Below, in pieces: positions 62,833 to 64,000 of a stretch of DNA of 64,000 bases (its first letter is position 1; every line of letters starts with the position of its first letter). The position numbers and the translations under genes are program-made. Location of the stretch: NCBI GenBank assembly GCA_965219915.1, contig OZ244794.1, forward strand, positions 1,052,790 to 1,116,789, read 5' to 3'. The notes beneath the pieces are model-generated. The model made no database searches, was not told the DNA's origin, and saw only the letters and a list, made by a program, of their open reading frames with translations. The DNA is from Rhodothermales bacterium (GTDB lineage: Bacteria; Bacteroidota; Rhodothermia; Rhodothermales; Bin80).

Positions 62833-63597
62833 TTAACGGGAGACAAGAATCGGGGAGGGGGTTCGAAGACTGTGTTCCGGGATCCAGTCGAGATCCGATT
62901 CGAACACCACCCGGAAAGTGTCTGGCAGCGGTGACAGCAGCGCGATTTCGAGCTCCCGCTGCAGGAACACGACGGCCGTCACCGACCCAAATGACTGCTG
63001 TCCGTCCTCGCTCGACACACGTACAGTTCCGGCCCAGGGGCTGTTGCCCTGGTTGCTCATATCCAGAACGACCTTCTCATTATCCTGGCTCGCAATGTGC
63101 ACGACAATCTCTGGCTCTCCCACACCCTTGAGCAGAATCAGAGGGACGATCAGTTCATAGTTGATGCGGAGCGCGGTGGCGGCGCTGGGGGTTTGGAGTT
63201 GGTCTACCGGGGTTCGCCGCGCCATCCGCGCATGGATGAGGGCGACGTGCCCACCCTCTGAGAGGGGGGTGGGATCCATGACGGCATAGCGGACGATCCG
63301 GGTTTCACCCGGGGGAATGATCAGGCGGGGCGGGAACACCGTCAGGTGCTTGGACAGATCGCCGATGGCTGAGGGCGCATCCGTGCGGTCCGGGTCCGCC
63401 TCGATACCCGTGGCCACGATGGTGATTTCAGCGGCCGCGGTACCCGGGTTCCGCAGTTGTAGATCGCCGTACGGCACGGCGTCGGTTGTCCATTTGAAGG
63501 CGGGTGTGACCTTGAGTGCCAACTCGCTCGTTTCCTGGGCCTGGGACACATGCGTAAGAAGCAAGGTTGCAGCGAGGATGCGGGGAAGTTTTTGCAT
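62833..63597 (-). CDS. PapD-like fimbrial chaperone
   Basis: Signal peptide, LKVTP, LQLRNPG, LTVFPPRLIIPPGETRIVRY and SNQGNSP. Confidence 0.78.
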   Translation of the reverse strand: MQKLPRILAATLLLTHVSQAQETSELALKVTPAFKWTTDAVPYGDLQLRNPGTAAAEITIVATGIEADPDRTDAPSAIGDLSKHLTVFPPRLIIPPGETRIVRYAVMDPTPLSEGGHVALIHARMARRTPVDQLQTPSAATALRINYELIVPLILLKGVGEPEIVVHIASQDNEKVVLDMSNQGNSPWAGTVRVSSEDGQQSFGSVTAVVFLQRELEIALLSPLPDTFRVVFESDLDWIPEHSLRTPSPILVSR

Positions 63598-63601
63598 GGG
63601 C

Positions 63602-64000
63602 TTAGAGTTGCGTGATCTGAACAGTCATCTCCCCGACATACCGCCCCTGTGGGGCCAGATTCGCGAAAAGAGTGCCCCCTACCCGGATCTGTGTGCACCC
63701 TGATTCTCCGATCTTATCCTGTAGGGTTGTTGTATCAGGGAGCCGCTCAAACGCTGCCTGGGTGCATTCATGACTGCGCGCCCAGCTGTGTCGGAAGTAG
63801 GGCTGGGTGGCCGAGCGGGGAGCAGAGAAAGGAGGCAACACCTCCACCGTTACCTGTGTACCCGGTGAACCGGTCAGGAGGATGCCGGCGAGGCTGTGTG
63901 TCCCATAAGCATCTCCACTTCTCACACCCGATTCCGGATGGAGTTCGACTGGCCCTGCGTTCTGACTGATCTGCCCGAAATCCAGGCGCGCAGACGAGAC
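63602..64000 (-). CDS. C-terminal DUF4402-like pilin domain (gene continues beyond the window)
   Basis: Open frame from 64000: VSSARLDFGQ...IRVGGTL...QGRYVGEMTVQITQL. Confidence 0.7.
   Translation of the reverse strand, partial: VSSARLDFGQISQNAGPVELHPESGVRSGDAYGTHSLAGILLTGSPGTQVTVEVLPPFSAPRSATQPYFRHSWARSHECTQAAFERLPDTTTLQDKIGESGCTQIRVGGTLFANLAPQGRYVGEMTVQITQL

Overview
Accessory region of a bacterium that exports proteins via T9SS. Several ORFs end in NYPNPF-type C-terminal sorting domains, which suggests Rhodothermota/Bacteroidota. The LRR/Calx-beta/WD40 content resembles sponge-symbiont genomes (inference). Positions 1-21.6 kb hold a restriction-modification/defence island: four intact DNA methyltransferases, candidate endonucleases, a MORC/GHKL-nuclease fusion, a nuclease-HEAT-repeat protein and a YaaC-like gene, interrupted by T9SS cargo genes and broken paralogs. 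Positions 21.8-46.4 kb are dense in mobile DNA: three decayed group II introns (one nested in domain V of another), ISL3, IS5-like and IS21 remnants, and an intact IS110. The main candidate for a new system lies at 24.3-39.7 kb. It is a divergent chaperone-usher-like locus whose adhesin repeats, pilin-like domain and chaperone are fused in one 1672-aa protein, clustered with an ExbB, two ExbD, a TonB-like anchor protein and a TPR lipoprotein. A paralogous unfused chaperone-usher operon without motor genes lies at 58.3-64 kb. The window also has an LRR/Calx-beta autotransporter, a CotH kinase and a BNR-propeller T9SS substrate. No rRNA, tRNA or CRISPR array was seen. All family calls come from motif recognition by eye, not database searches.
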